Part shown: in pieces, positions 63,093 through 64,000 of the stretch
How the letters are laid out: each line of letters opens with the position of its first letter
Numbering within the stretch: the first letter of the stretch is position 1
From: Candidatus Woesearchaeota archaeon
GTDB lineage: Archaea; Nanobdellota; Nanobdellia; Woesearchaeales; JABGXB01
Direction of reading: 5' to 3'
Assembly: GCA_018675975.1 (NCBI GenBank)
Contig: JABGXB010000002.1
Span: 1-64,000 of the forward strand
Length of the DNA: 64,000 nt
Notes under the pieces: model-generated
Databases searched by the model: none
What the model saw: the letters and a program-made list of their open reading frames with translations, nothing else
Told to the model about the DNA's origin: nothing
Translations under genes and position numbers: made by a program

Positions 63093-64000
63093 TTAAATAC
63101 CTTTTGTTTTAAATTTTAATAGATTTTTAGCTATTTCTAATTCTTCGTGAGTGTGCATTACAAAAATAGGTTTTGATTTATTATTAGAAATTAAATTAGA
63201 ATCAATCAATTTTTGTTTATTTTTATTATTGTCAATCATAAAACCCAAATGATTTAATTTTTTAATTATCATTTGACGAACTTTATATTCTACCTCTCCA
63301 ATACCACCAGAAAAAATAATTGCATCACAACCTCCTAAACTTGCATAATATGAGCCAATATAATTAACAATATGATTTACAAACATTTCAATTGCTAATT
63401 TTGATTTTTGATTTTTTGAATTAACTAAGACTTCCATTTTTGATGAATTCGCTAAACCCAATAAACCACTTTTATTATTTAATATATCTCGTATTTTATT
63501 TATACCATATTTTAATTTTTTATTCATATAAAAAATAATACCTGGATCAATATCACCAGATCTAGTTGCCATAATTAATCCATCATTAGGAGAAAAACCT
63601 AAACTAGTGTCATATGATTTACCATTTTTAATAGCACAAATACTTGAACCACTTCCCAAATGACAAGTAATTATTTTTGAATATGGCTTTTTAATTTTCT
63701 TTAATAATTTAATACCATAATCAGATAAATATTTATGACTAATTCCGTGAAAGCCATATTTGCGAATATTATATTTTGAAAAAAAAACATAAGGAATACC
63801 ATATAAATAATTTTGTTTTGGAATAGTAGAATGAAAGGCAGTATCAAAAACTGCAATATGTTTTATTTTATTAAATGTTTTTTTTAATATTTTTATTATT
63901 GAAATTGTTTTCGGATTATGTAATGGAGCTAAATCATTAATCGATTCCAAATAAGAAATAACTTTATTATCAATAATAATTGGTTTAGTAAATTTTCCAC
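63093..64000 (-). CDS. ackA: Acetate kinase (5' partial, continues beyond window)
   Basis: LAPLHN, VFDTAFH, RKYGFHGISH, HLGSGSS, TRSGDIDP, FSGGIGE, THEE; frame open to the window edge. Confidence 0.95.
   Translation of the reverse strand, partial: GKFTKPIIIDNKVISYLESINDLAPLHNPKTISIIKILKKTFNKIKHIAVFDTAFHSTIPKQNYLYGIPYVFFSKYNIRKYGFHGISHKYLSDYGIKLLKKIKKPYSKIITCHLGSGSSICAIKNGKSYDTSLGFSPNDGLIMATRSGDIDPGIIFYMNKKLKYGINKIRDILNNKSGLLGLANSSKMEVLVNSKNQKSKLAIEMFVNHIVNYIGSYYASLGGCDAIIFSGGIGEVEYKVRQMIIKKLNHLGFMIDNNKNKQKLIDSNLISNNKSKPIFVMHTHEELEIAKNLLKFKTKGI

Overview
Very AT-rich chromosomal segment of a DPANN archaeon, most likely Nanobdellota (Woesearchaeales-like). The assignment rests on the archaeal 16S/23S rRNA, proteasome beta, aCPSF1/FttA, Dph5, archaeal SecDF, HerA, ScpA and a DPANN-type TIM-barrel protein. 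It uses standard code 11. The window is mostly housekeeping genes: a 16S-tRNA-Ala-23S rRNA operon with no 5S, gatCAB-cysS, ftsZ, mre11, truD, tgt, nth and ackA, interspersed with lineage-specific surface and hypothetical genes. No CRISPR array, transposase, integrase or reverse transcriptase was seen. Main oddities: (1) an aCPSF1/FttA with four substituted catalytic residues; (2) an AAA+ gene ending in CCC-TGA followed by a VWA frame open in +1, a candidate programmed +1 frameshift; (3) adenylate kinase whose P-loop can only be translated from a non-canonical start, best candidate ATT; (4) rRNA substitutions at near-universal positions and processing stems without bulge-helix-bulge motifs; (5) a membrane-anchored toxin-like protein with a convergent partner; (6) two structured intergenic RNA candidates. 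All family assignments are from motif recognition by eye, not database searches.
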